NCBI RefSeq assembly: GCF_009914755.1
Contig: NC_060926.1
Direction: 5' to 3' (one strand)
Length of the DNA stretch: 64,000 nt
Source: the human T2T-CHM13v2.0 reference genome, Homo sapiens
The position numbers and the translations under genes are program-made. The notes below the pieces were generated by a model that was not told where the DNA came from, made no database searches, and saw only the letters and a program-made list of their open reading frames with translations. Within the stretch, counting starts at the first letter, position 1, and each line of letters opens with the position of its first letter. Positions 17,866 through 48,465 of this stretch are shown here, piece after piece.

Positions 17866-19133
17866 GCTCCTGGTCTTCATTTTCTCACTCCCCATTTCCT
17901 CTTTAACACAGAGCCACCTGGCTTCTGCCCTGCATGTTACCAAACCCCTTTAGCTGAAGCTGATGACTTTGGCCAGTGACTCCTGTGCAACAGACCCTGA
18001 GCCCCCCTTTCAGTGCTTAGTGACAGCGCTCTCAGATGATACAGTTGACAGGGTCCTCCATGGTTTCCACATCCCCTCTTTCCCCCTCCCACTCCTCCTC
18101 CCTCGGCCTGCTCCATCTCCTGGCTCCTGGGATTGATGTGATCAGGAATCACATTAGCACATCCTCCTCTTCCCACTCCTCACACTACCTTAGCAGTCAC
18201 CTCAAGCCAAGACTGTAGATCAAAATATTTACCTCCTTCCCAGGCCTGTCCTCTGAGTTCTAGATGCCTGGGGACCAGAACCTGGATGTCACATGAGAAT
18301 TTTACATTAAATATGATCAGCCCTTAACTAATCACTGATTTCCCATTCCACAAACACCTGCTCTTCCCGACCTGCCTTCGCAAAGAATCACATGCTGGGT
18401 CCCCTGACTGGACCCTCCTGGTCATCTCAGCACCTGCCTCCTCTTCCCCATCCAGCAACCAATCCACACCCTCCTCCTGGACATCTCTCAAGTCTGTGCT
18501 CTGCTCAACACATACTCTGCTTTGGGCTCAGTTCAGCTCTCTCACTGGCTCTCACCTGGCTTGTTTAGAACCCTCAATGACTGTCCCTGCCTGCAGACCT
18601 ACCCTCTCAGCTCACCTCTCATGTGGCCATCCATGCATCTGGTCCCATCTTTGCTAATATCCTTCTGTGGATTCTCACTGCTTCCAGGTAAAGCAGGGCT
18701 TCCGGGACATGACACCCAAGGACCTCCCGACCTGCTCCCTTGTCTCCTACCCTATGTGCTCCCCAAAAATCTTCAGTGTCCCCAACATACCCTGCATCAC
18801 ACTATGCAGACACACATCACACAGACATGCCCCACCCCTCCCCACGGCACTCTCTGCCTGAAACATCCTCCCTCTGCCTCCTTCCCCAGGGCCACTGCCT
18901 ATGGTCTTGCAGGTCATGCACCCCACCTCTGGGTGGACCATGGGCATGTAGTATGATGTAGTATGATGTTGTGGTACCCCTTGCATGTGCATGACCTCAA
19001 GAACTCTGTGACAGCCCACACTCCCCTTGGTGCCCAAACTCCTGGTCATCCTTCAAGAATAATACTTCTCAAGGGTGGTCTGAGGACCCCAGCAAGAGAA
19101 CTATTTAAGGTGCCTTCTAAAAACAGTGCTTCC

Positions 19134-19288
19134 TGCCAGGCACATTGGCTCACACCTGTAATCTCAGCACTTTGGGAGGCCAAGATGGGAGGGTTGCTTG
19201 AGCCCAGGAGTTCAAGACCAGCCTGGGCAACATAGTGAGACCCAGTCTCTCCAAAAAAAAAAAAAAAAAAAAAAGAAACAAAACAAAC
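19134..19288 (+). mobile_element. FLAM-type Alu monomer
   Basis: Left-arm sequence followed directly by an A-tail. Confidence 0.85.
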
Positions 19289-19568
19289 CCGTGTTTCTGG
19301 ACCCACAGAATCAGAATAGTTGATGAATGAATGAAAAGGCAGGAAGAAAACAGCAATGGTGTTGTTTGTGATTATGGGTGCTGAAAATCTCCATGTCCTC
19401 ATGTAATCATTACAAGAAGTCAATGAAAGTCCTTTAACAAATGCAGAGACTGAGGCTCAGAAAGGTTAATTAACTTTCTTCAAGGTCAAACAGGTAGCAA
19501 ATAGAAAATGTAGCATTTGATTCTAGGCCATTAAAACTTTAAAGTCCAGCTACCTGCCTACACCCTGC

Positions 19569-22500
19569 TGTGATGGTTAATTTTAGGTGTCAACTTGACT
19601 GGATAAGGAATACCTAGAGGCCTGGTGAAGCACCACTTCTGGGTGTGGCTATGAGGGGGTTTCCAGAGGAGATTGGTGTCTGAGTTTGGTTTGATCTACT
19701 CCATCTTAGGAGTAGATCCATTATGTTTATGGCATTATGCTGCTTGGACCTAATGAGCGTGAAGTAGCAACTACTATGGACTTGTTGGTAAGTAATTTGC
19801 ATGTCAGAGGGTGGAAAATAAATCCAATCAAAATTTAAGGGCCTTCTACCTCTGAAATTTCTAGGAATCCAGTGATATGGAGCCTGTTGATGTATCCCTT
19901 GTAAGGTGAAGGTTAAGTTGTTGCACCTGGCCCCTTCCACAGCCAAGAAAAAGGCACACCGCCTAGTGGGCCTACTTGGATTTTGGAGTCAACATATTCC
20001 TCATTTGGGTGTGTTACTCAGGCTCATCCACCAAGTGACTAAAAAAGCTGCTAGTTTTGAATAGAACCTAGAACAGGAGAAGGCTCTGCAACAGGTCCAG
20101 GCTGCTGTGAAAGCTGCTCTGACACTTGGGGCCATACGATCCAGCAGATCCAATGGTGCTTGAGGAGTCAGTGGCAGATAGGGAGGGTACAGAAGAATCA
20201 CAGCAGAGGCCCTTAGGATTTTGGAGCAAGGCCCTGCCATCATCTGCAGATAAGTACTCTCCTTTTGACAGATAGCTCTTAGCCTTAGTAGAAACTGAAT
20301 GCTTGACCATGGGCCACCAAGTTACCACGCAACCTGATCTGGCTATCATGAACTGGGTATTATCTGATCTACCAACCCATAAAGTTGGGTGTGCACAGCA
20401 GTGTTCCATCATTAAATAGAAGTAGTATACACATGATCAGGCCCAAGCAGGCCCTGCAGACACAAGTAAGTTACATGAAGTGGCCCAAATGTCCATGGTT
20501 TCTCTCTCCCCACCTGCACCCATGGCCTCATGGGAAGTACCCTATGATCAACTGAAGAGGAAGAGGAGACCAGGTCCTGATTCACAGATGGTTCTGCACA
20601 ATATGCAGGCAACATCTGAAAGTGGGCAGCTGCAGCACTTTGGCCCCTTTCTGGGATATCCCTGAAGGACACTGGTGAAGGGAAATCTTCTCAGTGGGCA
20701 GAACTTCAGGCAGTGCACCTGGCCATGCACTTTGCATAGAAGGAGAATGGTCAGACGTGTGATTATATACTGATCCATGGGCTGTATCCCATGGTTTGGC
20801 TAGACAGTCAGATATTTGGAAGGCACATGATTGGAAAATTGGTGACCAAGAAATCCTGGAAGAGGTATGTGGATAGACCTCTCGTGTGGACAAAGGATGT
20901 GAAGATATTTTTGTCCCATGTAAATGCTCACCAAAATGATCTCAGCAGAGGAAGGCTTCAATAATCAGGTGGATAGGATGACTTGTTCTGTGGGTATTAG
21001 TCAGCCTCTTTCCCCAGACACCCCTGACATGGTCCAATGCACTCATGAGCAATGTGGCCATGGTGGCAGGGATGGAGGTTATGCATGGGCTCAGCAACAT
21101 GGACTTCCACTCACCGAGGTCAACCTGATTACAGTCACCCACTGAACACCCAATCTACCAGCATCAGAGACCAACAATGAGCCCCAGTATGGCACTATTT
21201 TCTGGGTGATCAGCCAGCTACCTGGGGACAACTTGACTACATTGGGCCTCTTCCATCATAGAAAGGGTAGCATTTTGTCTTTACTGGAATAGACACTTAC
21301 TGAGTACTACAATACTGACACTTACTGGAATAGACATAAGTATATGGATTTGCCTTTCCTGCATGCAATGCTTCTGCCAAAACTACCATCTGTGGACTTA
21401 TAGATGCCTTATCCATCATCATGATATTCCATACAGCATTGACTCTGACCAGGGAACTCACTTCGTAGCCAAAGACATGTGGCCATGGGCTCATGCTCAT
21501 TGAAATCACTGGTCTTACCATCTTCTCCATTATCCTGAATCAGCTGGCTTTATAGAACAATGGAATGGCCTTTTGACATTGCAGTTACAGCACCAGCTAA
21601 GTGACAGCATTTTGCAGGGCTGAGGCAAGATTCTCCAGAAGGCTGTATATGCTCTGAATCAGTGTCTAGTATATGGTCCTGTTTCTCCCATAACCAGGAT
21701 TCATGGGCTCAGGAATCAAGGGGTGAAAATGGGAGTGACACCACTCATCATTATCCCTGCTGATCCACTAGTAAAATTTTTGCTTCCCGTTTGCACAACT
21801 TTATGCTCTGCTGGCCTAAAGTTCTTAGTTTCAGAGGGAGGAATGCTTCCACCAGGAGACGCAACAACGATTCCATTGAACTGGGAGTTAAGACTGCCAC
21901 CTGGCCACTTCGAGCTCCTCATGCCCTGAGTTGACAGGCTAAGAAGACAGTTATGGTATAGGCTGGGATGATTAACCAGACTTCCAAAAGGAAATCGGGC
22001 TACTACTCCACAATGCAGGTAAGGAAAAGTATGTCTGGAATACAGGAGATCCCTTGGGGCATCTTTCAGCATTAGCATACCCTGTGATTAAGGTCAATGG
22101 GAAATTGCAACCCAATTCAGGCAGGACTGACTGCAAATGGCCCAGACCCTTCAGGAATGAAAGCGTGGGTTACCCCACAAGGTGCCATGACCAGCTGAGG
22201 TGCTTGCTGGAGGCAAAGGAAATACAGAATAGGTAGTGGAAGGAGGTAGTTACAAATACCAGCTATGACCACATAACCAGTTACAGAAATGAGGACCGTA
22301 ATTGTCATGAGTGTTTCCTCCCATTTGTTAAAAATACATTTGTATGTATATATACATATATTAAGCAAATATCTTTGTTTTCATTCCTCTCTCTTATGTA
22401 ACATAAGATACTGACTTTATATCCGTATTGACGTATTGTTAATTTTACATCATAGTATTTAAATTACGGGATCTCATGGGAAGAGTAAACATCAGTCAAG

Positions 22501-23259
22501 GACTTGACCTCCTTTCTGGGGCAGGGGTTAATGCATTTTTGGTTGAATGCAGGATAGCTGCATCACGCTGGGTGAACTATTACCTTGTTATTGTCTTTAA
22601 TTGGAGACCAAGTATGGTTTAAGGAGATGGGTATGGGTGCCAAGTTGACAAGGGGTGGGTTTGTGATGGTTAATTTTAGGTGTTGACTTGACAGGATTAA
22701 GGCATAGCTAGAGAACTGGTAAAACATCATCTCTGGGTGTATTTGTTTCCACAGGAGTCTGATGTGTCAGTCAGACTGAGTGGGGGAGATCTGTCCTCAG
22801 TGTGGGTGGGCACCATCCATTTGGCTGGGGGCCCAGATAGAACACAAAAAGGCAGGGGAAAGGCAAACTCATATCTCTCTTCTTGGAGATGGGACACCCT
22901 CCTCCTCTTGCCCTTGGACATCAGAACTCCAGGCTCTCTGGCTTTTGGACTCCAGGACTTAGACTGATGTTCCCTCTGGGTTCTTGGGCCTTCAGCCTTG
23001 GACTGAGAATTATACCATGGGCTTTTTTGGTTCTGAAGCCTTCAGATTTGGACTGAGCCATGCTACTGGAATCCCAGCTTGCAGACAACCTGTTGTGGGA
23101 CTTCTCAGCCTCATAGATATATTTATGATTTCTCATATATATTATTTCTTTTCATCTTGTAAATTGTAATCCATAATATAGTTTACCCAACAACTAGAAA
23201 CTGTGATACACACACATATCTTATTGGTTGTGTGTTTCTGGAGAACCCTGACAAATACA
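19569..23259 (+). mobile_element. Deleted ERVL (HERV-L/ERVL-B4-like) provirus with MLT2 LTRs: truncated 5' LTR 19569-~19690, decayed pol/dUTPase, full 3' LTR 22662-23259
   Basis: Both LTRs start tgtgatggttaattttaggtgt; RT/RNaseH/integrase-like remnants with stops; dUTPase-like peptide GGMLPPGDATTIPLNWELRLPPGHF (ORF 21723-21929); purine-rich tract before the 3' LTR. Confidence 0.88.
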
Positions 23260-23711
23260 GTTGGGTTATGGTGATTTGGAGGCCATCAACTAAGCCTGGC
23301 CCGTAGCTGCACAGTTTCTAGTTCTTGGGCAAACTATACTGTGGATTAAAGTTTACAATGTGAAAAGAAATCAATTTCTCTTCTACTTACTTCTTCAGAA
23401 TTTTAGAAATGGTGATGATGCGTAATACATTTCTGGTTTCATTTATAGGACTTGAACCTCAAACATGATTGGAATAAGGGCTGGTGGTGGGTGGAAGGCA
23501 CAAATTTTAATTGGGAAGACAGAAAGATGGTTTTTTGCTAAGACTGAAATTCTTGACAACACTGAGCAGAGTTACAGGATGGCCTAGATGGAGCCAGGGG
23601 TGGCTGGGAGAGCCAGTGAACAGATGAACTGACCCAGCCTGGAGTTGCTTTGGAATCTCAAAGTCTGGATTCAAATCCCAGTTCTTCTAGTTTGAGCAAA
23701 GAACTTAACCT

Positions 23712-23809
23712 CCCTGAAATTCAATTTTCTCATTTGGAAAATAGGGACATTACAGGATTTCCCTGAAATTTAATTTTCTCATTTGTAAAATAGGGACATT
23801 CTAGGATTT
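23712..23809. repeat. 49-bp tandem duplication within a MIR-like fragment
   Basis: ccctgaaatt(c/t)aattttctcatttg(g/t)aaaatagggacatt..aggattt twice (23712-23760, 23761-23809). Confidence 0.9.
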
Positions 23810-23992
23810 TATGAAGGGGATGATGATGAAGTAAACCCATACAGGCAAGACAATTTCCGTAGTGCCTAGGCCCTATTGTTTGGACTTGTTTCCTTTCAGA
23901 CCCTTATCAAGCCCAGGTGCCATATGAGACTGGTAAACCTTCTCTGACTTCTCAGGTCTAGAAAGCTGCTTTAAAACATGGATTTTTTTTGT

Positions 23993-24300
<308 letters not shown>

Positions 24301-24331
24301 CCATGGATTTTTGATGCAGTTTGCATTTTAG

Positions 24332-24337
24332 TTTATT
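24332..24337 (-). terminator. CHRNA1: CHRNA1 polyadenylation signal AATAAA
   Basis: tttatt on + strand about 500 nt past the stop codon, followed on the minus strand by CA dinucleotides and a GT/T-rich tract. Confidence 0.8.
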
Positions 24338-24839
24338 TCATTTCTACTGCTTCCTCTCTCTCCAAATCAAATGCCTTATCTCTTTAGGACTGGTAGATGG
24401 GGTTTTCTTAGTAGGTACAAAACTGACTCTTAAGCAAAGAATACACTTCATTTAGAACATCAGCAACTCCCTAGTGGTCTCGTGGTTAGACAAAATAAGT
24501 AAATATATAAATATAACAGCAATGACAATGCAACAGAAAACCTCGGTTATCCTGGCAAAAACTCTTCCAGACACTGGAAATGAACACTTTTTTTAGTGAT
24601 TAGTTTCATTTACTAAAGAGGGTTCACTCTTCAGGGAGACAGCAGAACTAAAGGGAGAAGCAATATGAAAACACTTCAAGGCCATAAACTTACATAAAGG
24701 TAAATCTTATCATCAATAATAAGTATGGAATATAACACGTTTGATAAGTGCGAGTGGAGCAAGTAGACAAATCTTCCTCTCCTGCCCTTCTCTGCTCTGG
24801 TAGGTTCCAGGGCAGAGCTAAGCTCAGCTCATTTTCTGC

Positions 24840-41099
<16,260 letters not shown>

Positions 41100-41260
41100 G
41101 GGCTACCGGAGCTTGTGTGGACCAGGGCAGAGTGGTGGCCTGTGCTTCTCACTGGCACTCTGGCTGGGTGCTTGTCTGCTGGAGGGTTTGGAAAGCGAGT
41201 CGGCTCACTAGAGCTATTGTTTTACACCACCTGTTTGTGGGAGCGACAGCTGGGCTGCCC
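41100..41260 (-). promoter_or_regulatory. CHRNA1: CHRNA1 5'UTR and proximal promoter with paired myogenic E-boxes
   Basis: CACCTG 41228-41233 and CAGCTG 41247-41252 just upstream of exon 1; twin MyoD/myogenin E-boxes are established in AChR-alpha promoters; exact TSS not determinable from sequence. Confidence 0.8.
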
Positions 41261-41570
41261 TCAGCCCTGGAGCCCAGGGAGTTACTGGGACTGTACACCA
41301 TTACAGATATGCCTCACTTTACACAATTGCTTACCCTTGACAAGCTGAGTATGAACTGCATTATATTTTAAATGCACCAGTAGTCAGATCTTAATGAAAA
41401 AAAAAATGTATAGGAAGGAAGGAATTATTTTAAATGGTGAGCAAACTGCCTCTCTTTTGTGTAAACCAGAACCTCATCTCTGTGGGTTGACTTGATTAGG
41501 GTCATTTGGTCTGAGTAGATAGTCAGCTGTTTGTCCTAAACCACAAAAATCCACATTCTGCAAACATGGC

Positions 41571-41587
41571 TTCAGTTTCATTTCCTC
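41571..41587 (-). promoter_or_regulatory. ISRE / Ets-IRF composite-like element GAGGAAATGAAACTGAA
   Basis: Motif read directly; position 41577 is -478 from the ATG and lies in the GAAA core, matching my recollection of the reported IRF8-site promoter polymorphism. Confidence 0.75.
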
Positions 41588-42300
41588 TGCTTCAGTGTTA
41601 GGCTGAGGGTGCCGGGGGCTTTTCTGACTGCCTGGATTTCAGAAAAGTGTAGCTGGTGTTGAGTCTGCTGCTGGGAAGCCCCCACGTTGATTGGGTTTGG
41701 TTTTTAACAAAGACAGCTTCTTCCATAAAACTGGCTTTACTGGCCCCCAGAGTGGCTGTTCCAACCCCTGCCTCTGTATCAGGCAATACCTATCCCACAC
41801 GAACCATTAGCTGGAGCAAATTGCCCACGTCCTATGCACTGTGATTCAAGCGAAGAGTAATTATTGGGAAAAAGTGTCCCACCGCATCAGCAGTCGTTCC
41901 GGGTTCCTGCCTCCTTCCATCCGTCCCTCTGCCTACTCTCACTCAGGGAAGCAAAGAGCAGAGTGGTTCAGCTTTTCAATTATCTTGCTTGAAAAACATC
42001 CTAAAAACCAGCAGTTAGTAATTTCTCAGTCTGAGAAGTATTGTTACCCTAGCTGTGCTTCTTTGCAGGGTGTGAGGTGAGTTCCCAGAAGGAGACAGTT
42101 ACTTAAAGGTACCCTGCCTGTTCCTTCCAGGCCTCCTTCCCACATGGAACTAGGTGAGAAAGGTCCTCTCACCTCAAGCCCACAACAACATCCTGACAGA
42201 TCCTCTCATTCCAGTGGATCCAAACAAATCATTAGAGAAGGGGCTTGGAGGGTAGAGGAGAGAGCTGCAAGCTCATACTATTTATATTTTTTGTTTAAAC

Positions 42301-44025
42301 TGTGGGAGATCAGTTAACTGTTTGCTAAAAAAAAATTTGGTTCTCTCCCTTCCATGGAATAGCCCCGTGGCAGAAATACAACCCCCACCCTCTGACCAGC
42401 CCCTTCCATCTAAATGGAGCCATGGGACTGACCTCTGGCCAGTGGCATGAGTCGAAAAATGTTCTCAGACTCACAAACCTACCAGAGCTCAGCCCCGCCC
42501 TTCTAGTCTTCTGACCGGCTAGAATGGACATGGTCCCAAAGTTAACCTTAGAAACCATGTTCTGAAGGTGGTGTTGCTTTTGACATTCTGAATCCTTGAA
42601 TGACTGCATGGAGGGGGACCCCCTATCCACCTGCTCACCACCCAGCACTATTTCAATGAAAACAAAACATGCATCGTGCTGAGCCATCAAAATCCTTGGG
42701 TTTATTTGTACAGCAGCTAGTGTTCCGTAATTAATAAAATATGTAATCCTTTGCACTAGTATCCTGAGGTTAAAAATAAATTCTAAAATATGTAGCACTG
42801 CAGCAGAAGGCAAGAAAATTGATACTGGAGGCTGAAAATATGAAGACCCATGTTATATGGTATCAAATCATTTCATAAACTGTTGTCCTCAATTACTTGG
42901 TGAACAATGTGTCTACTGAGCCTGTAGCTCCCAGAATAGAGGCTGGTAAACCCAAAGTTAGTGCACCATGGCTCTTTCTGGCTTTGTTTAGCAAGTCAGT
43001 ACAAGGAAGAGCTGAGCTCAGGCAAAAATGTGCTGGTTCAAGAGCAGAAATGAAAAGAAATAGAATGAGTCCAGAAATGTGGAGTCTTCTGTTCTGAACT
43101 TCAAAAGAGTAAGTGAAAACATGGAATAAAGGCTTTGAGCAACCAAAGCCCGTTAAGACTTCTCTTTAAACAGGCAGTTTCATCACCACAGCAAAGATCA
43201 CTTTAAGGGTGCTTTCTTCACAGCCAAGCCTATTTTTTTTTTCAGATGGCTTCAAGATGGCTGCTATTAAGTTGAAGGAGAGAGGTATAGTGGATAGGAT
43301 GCAAAGAAATTAATCAGATTAAAGAATTGTGACCATGTGTGTATATAGGCACATGGGAATGATGGAAACAAATATTGCAGAAGCTTACTCAGTATTTGAA
43401 GGAATTATATTGCCAAAGAGTTCATTAACCCAGGCTACAAAAGTTTTGGTTGTTCAAGGCTTAAAGCAGTCCTTGAGTTCCCAAACACACACGGCCAGAA
43501 AGCAGGCTCCAAGATCTGCACAGTCTTCCAAAAAGGGTGCTTTCTCCATCCCCTCCTTCAATTGTGGCCGTGAGGGAAAGTGGGCAAGGAAGAACCTCCC
43601 CGGGGCATAGCCAGGAACCTCAAACAGCAACGGACAAGGGAGTTCCACCCACAGAGCAGAATCGGGTCGAATCGAGGAATCTGTTGAGACCTTCTCTGTG
43701 CCTACCCTGGCTTTCTGCTTACTGCCAATGCCTGCAACCCTGTAACCGAGGGATTTTTTTTTCTTTTTTTTTGGCCATGGGAACACATGAAACAAGCCTG
43801 AGATGCTAAAGTGTTACTGCCTCCAGAAACAGGCCTCAACCAATGTTGGAGGATAAATATCCCCGCCCCATCTCCCCTTGGACTGGGTAACCCCCAAGCG
43901 TGCCCTACACTCTATGTCTGTGGGAGTGAGTTCCTGTTGCCCATGATGGAAATGGCTCAATAACCCTCCCTTTATTGGCTTCCTCTCCTTCTCTGTCTCT
44001 TCTCCCCAATCTGCCACCTCTCAAG
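42301..44025 (+). mobile_element. Old MLT1 LTR and MaLR internal remnants upstream of CHRNA1
   Basis: MLT1-like LTR about 42301-42735 (ends ttgggtttatttgtacagcagctag) followed by MLT-int-like sequence; boundaries approximate. Confidence 0.5.
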
Positions 44026-44559
44026 TCAACTCAATACAGGGTCAGGGGGACCTCAACTCAAGACAGAATTTCTCCCACTGCCTGGCATGGGGTCTTCACA
44101 GTGATATCATTGGAGGCTTTCCCCCTTTATTGCCACAGTTTAAACAAACTGTGATCTCCCACAATTTAAACAAAAAAATCTCTTCTAAAGGTGAACAGTT
44201 GAAACCATAGACTAAAAAAAATTACTAAAACTACTATTAATATTATCCTCAGGAGTAAACTGTTTTTTTCATTTAAAAGTTTATTATTCAAGTAATTTGA
44301 ATTTATTTTAGAGAAATTAGAGAACAGATGAATGAAAAGACCTGCTATCCTTCTACCCAGAATATTTATTTTGATGTTTTAGTTTGTGTCTGTTCAGACC
44401 CTGTTTCCATGCATTCCATTCATTCATTCACTAAAAATTTTTTCACTGGGTTTTGCTATGTGCCAAGCAGTGTTCTAGGCATTTGGAATACATCAATAAA
44501 CACAGCAGACAAAGATTCCTGGTTCTCAGGAAAAATGCATTCTAATTGGAGGAGATGGA

Positions 44560-45125
44560 TGATTAAAAAAATATATATTTTTTACAATTTATTTTTATAT
44601 ATATTACATATGTTATATATTACATAAATAAGATATATATCCTTTTAACAATTTATTTTTATATCATATGTTATATAATATATGGTTATATATTATATAT
44701 ATACATATATGTTTGACTGTATATGTTTACATATATGTTTACATATATTATATATAAACATATATTATATATACATATACATATATTATAAATAAAATAT
44801 ATATAAATATATATAAATATATTTATATATTTATATATGAAATACATATATTATATATAAACATACATAATATATAAACATTATATATTATATATAATAT
44901 ACAAACATATACAATAAATTATATATGTAAACATATACAATAAATTATATATGTAAACATATACAATAAATTATATATGTAAACATATACAATAAATTAT
45001 ACATGTAAACATATATAATATATAAATTGTAAAAAGATGTATATTTTTTATTTATATAAAATATATATTTTTATATATTTTTTCTTATATGTTATATAAA
45101 TAAGATATATATAATTTATATAAGT
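44560..45125. repeat. AT-rich low-complexity block with four tandem 26-bp units (44903-45006), inside an L2 fragment
   Basis: aaacatatacaataaattatatatgt x4; L2-like cattcattcattca...gtgccaagcagtgttctagg upstream. Confidence 0.9.
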
Positions 45126-46061
45126 AAATTGTTATAACTAATAAGTAAATTGTTTAATGTGTCATCAGGTAAAAATTGCTATAGGAAAAAGAAAAAGCAG
45201 AGCAGGATAAAAGGGGACCAGGACAGCTGGAAGGGGATTGCAATTTTAAACACAGCAGGTAGGGTGGGTTTCACTGAGGAGGTGGCGTTTGAAGGAGATG
45301 CAGACAGATATCTGTGCAGGAGCATTGCAGGCAGAGTGAGCAGCAACGCAGTCCCTGAGGGGAATGGGACTGGTGATCTCGGGCATAGCCAGGAAGCTGG
45401 CAGGCTGGAGCAGGGCGAGAGATGGGGAAACTGCTAGGAGATGAGGTCAGGGAGCAGCCCAGGGAAGGGGGACGCAACACGCATCCTCGACTTTCATTCT
45501 CTGTGAGATGAGGAGCCTCTGCAGCATTTTGAGCCGAAGGGTGACACCATCTGACATATGCTGTCAAAGGTCGACTCTGGCTGCTTTGGGGACACCAGGC
45601 TGTGGGGGTGTAAATTAGGAGCTACTACTGCAGTAATCCCTGAGGTAGATGGTGATGAATTGGACCAGAGTGGTTGCAGTGAAGGTGGTAAGAAGTCGTT
45701 AGATTTGGGAAATGTATTTTGACGTGAGGGTTAATGGGATTTCCTGAAGGATTTGATCTAGAATGCAAGAAAAAGGGAGGCATTTAAGATGATTTGCAGG
45801 GTTTTGGCTTGAGCATAAGGAAGGATTTAAATGCCAACAAGTGGATTAAGGAAGACCGTGGATGAGCAGGTTTAAAGGGGGGAAAATTCAAGGGTTCTGC
45901 CTGGGGTGTGATCAACTGGAGGTGTCCATTAGAAATGTGAGCAGGCAGTTGGATTTTTGAGTCAGTAGTTTGGGAAATCTAGAGTAGATGTTGTTTAACG
46001 CCACAACAGGATAAGGTCAAAGGAATCAGTATGGGCAGAAAAGAGAAGAGAACTAACATTA

Positions 46062-46652
<591 letters not shown>

Positions 46653-47096
46653 GTTGAGAAGAAGAGGAGGGTGCAGCGAAGAAGACTGAGAAGGAGGACA
46701 CAGTGAGGCAGGAGGAGATCCACAAGAGGGTAGAGTTCTGGAAGCCTGGTAAAGGCCAGTGCAGGAGGTGGGGTGGGGGTGAGCCCATGAGATGAGGACA
46801 GAAATGGCTACGGGGCTTAGCACTATGGAGGCAGGCCACTGGCAACCTCACATGTGTGAAACCTGACTGAAATAGGTTTAAGGGGGCAGAATTGGAGGTT
46901 TTACTGCAAAAGGTAACAAAGAAATTAGGTGGGAGCTGGTGGGAGCAGAGTGAAAAGAATTTTGTTGTTGTTGTTTTGTGCCTTTTTCTGAATAGAAAAA
47001 AATAACAGCATACAGCATATTTGCATGATAATATTCAACAATAATAGAGATATAATGTTTTGATCCAATCAACAACATTACAAATGTTCCAGAGGG

Positions 47097-47613
<517 letters not shown>

Positions 47614-48449
47614 TGAGAATGTTCTCTTTTTTGAATGTATCATAATTCATTTAACCAATTTCTTACCATTGGATGTTTTCATTTTTTATTTTTAATTTTT
47701 GCTTTTATAAATAATCATGCAGTGGACATCCTTATACATATAAATCAGCCCAATTTTCTAACTATTGCCTTAGGATGAGTTTCTAAGAGTAGAAGTGCTG
47801 GGTCAGAAAATGAAAACATGTTAAATAATTTTAACGCATATCAAATAGCTAAATCTCCATTTTAGAATCAACCAAAGTCACTTAGACCTGCTCTTCTCAC
47901 GGTTATATTTTTCTATTATACCTGTCAGGGTGCATATGTTACATTTATTTGTGTGATTATCTGATTAACGTCTGTTTCTCCCACTAGACTGCAACCCAGT
48001 GAGTGCAGAGATGGCACCTGTTTCTGCTCACCGCTGTATCCTTAGCTTTTGGCTGACAGCTTGTCATCCAGTAGGCAGTCAGTAAATAACTGCTGATGAG
48101 GGAATGAATGGATGTAAAGCTTAATTCAATGAATAGGGTAGAAGATCATACTAGATAATGTCATTTGGGGATAAAATAAAATGTGACTATCAGTCACCCC
48201 CAGTGCCATGCAGGGTACCTGCATGTAGCTCCAAAAGTGTTTGCAGTTGACTAATTAATGCATGAATGAAGTATATCTCTTTTATAAAATCCACCTTCTT
48301 GTGTGGCTTAATGAATGGAATAATTGTGGATCCTCCCAAGGTCACTTCTTTGGAGAAAACACAGGCTGTCTGCATTTGGGTGCAGCTCCCTGGGGCCTGG
48401 CTAACTCTTAGCCAAACTCCTGTTTCCAGCATGGAGTGCCTTGGTCCAG

Positions 48450-48465
48450 TGGCCAGCAGGTGGCA
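48450..48465 (+). promoter_or_regulatory. Candidate CTCF site TGGCCAGCAGGTGGCA
   Basis: Close match to CTCF core CC[AG][CG][CT]AG[AG][GT]GGC[AG]; binding not verified. Confidence 0.55.

Noticed and set aside
19690-22300. Possible domesticated retroviral pol or dUTPase gene
   Set aside because: Fragmented by many stops and frameshifts; treated as decayed ERVL
41897-41902. N-box (TTCCGG) synapse-specific element; also at 27739-27744 and 28133-28138
   Set aside because: Six-base matches without supporting context or conservation data
42325-42813. 162-aa minus-strand ORF upstream of CHRNA1
   Set aside because: Overlaps an old MLT1-like LTR; no recognisable protein features
44903-45006. CRISPR-like repeat array
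   Set aside because: Head-to-tail AT-rich minisatellite without spacers, in eukaryotic DNA
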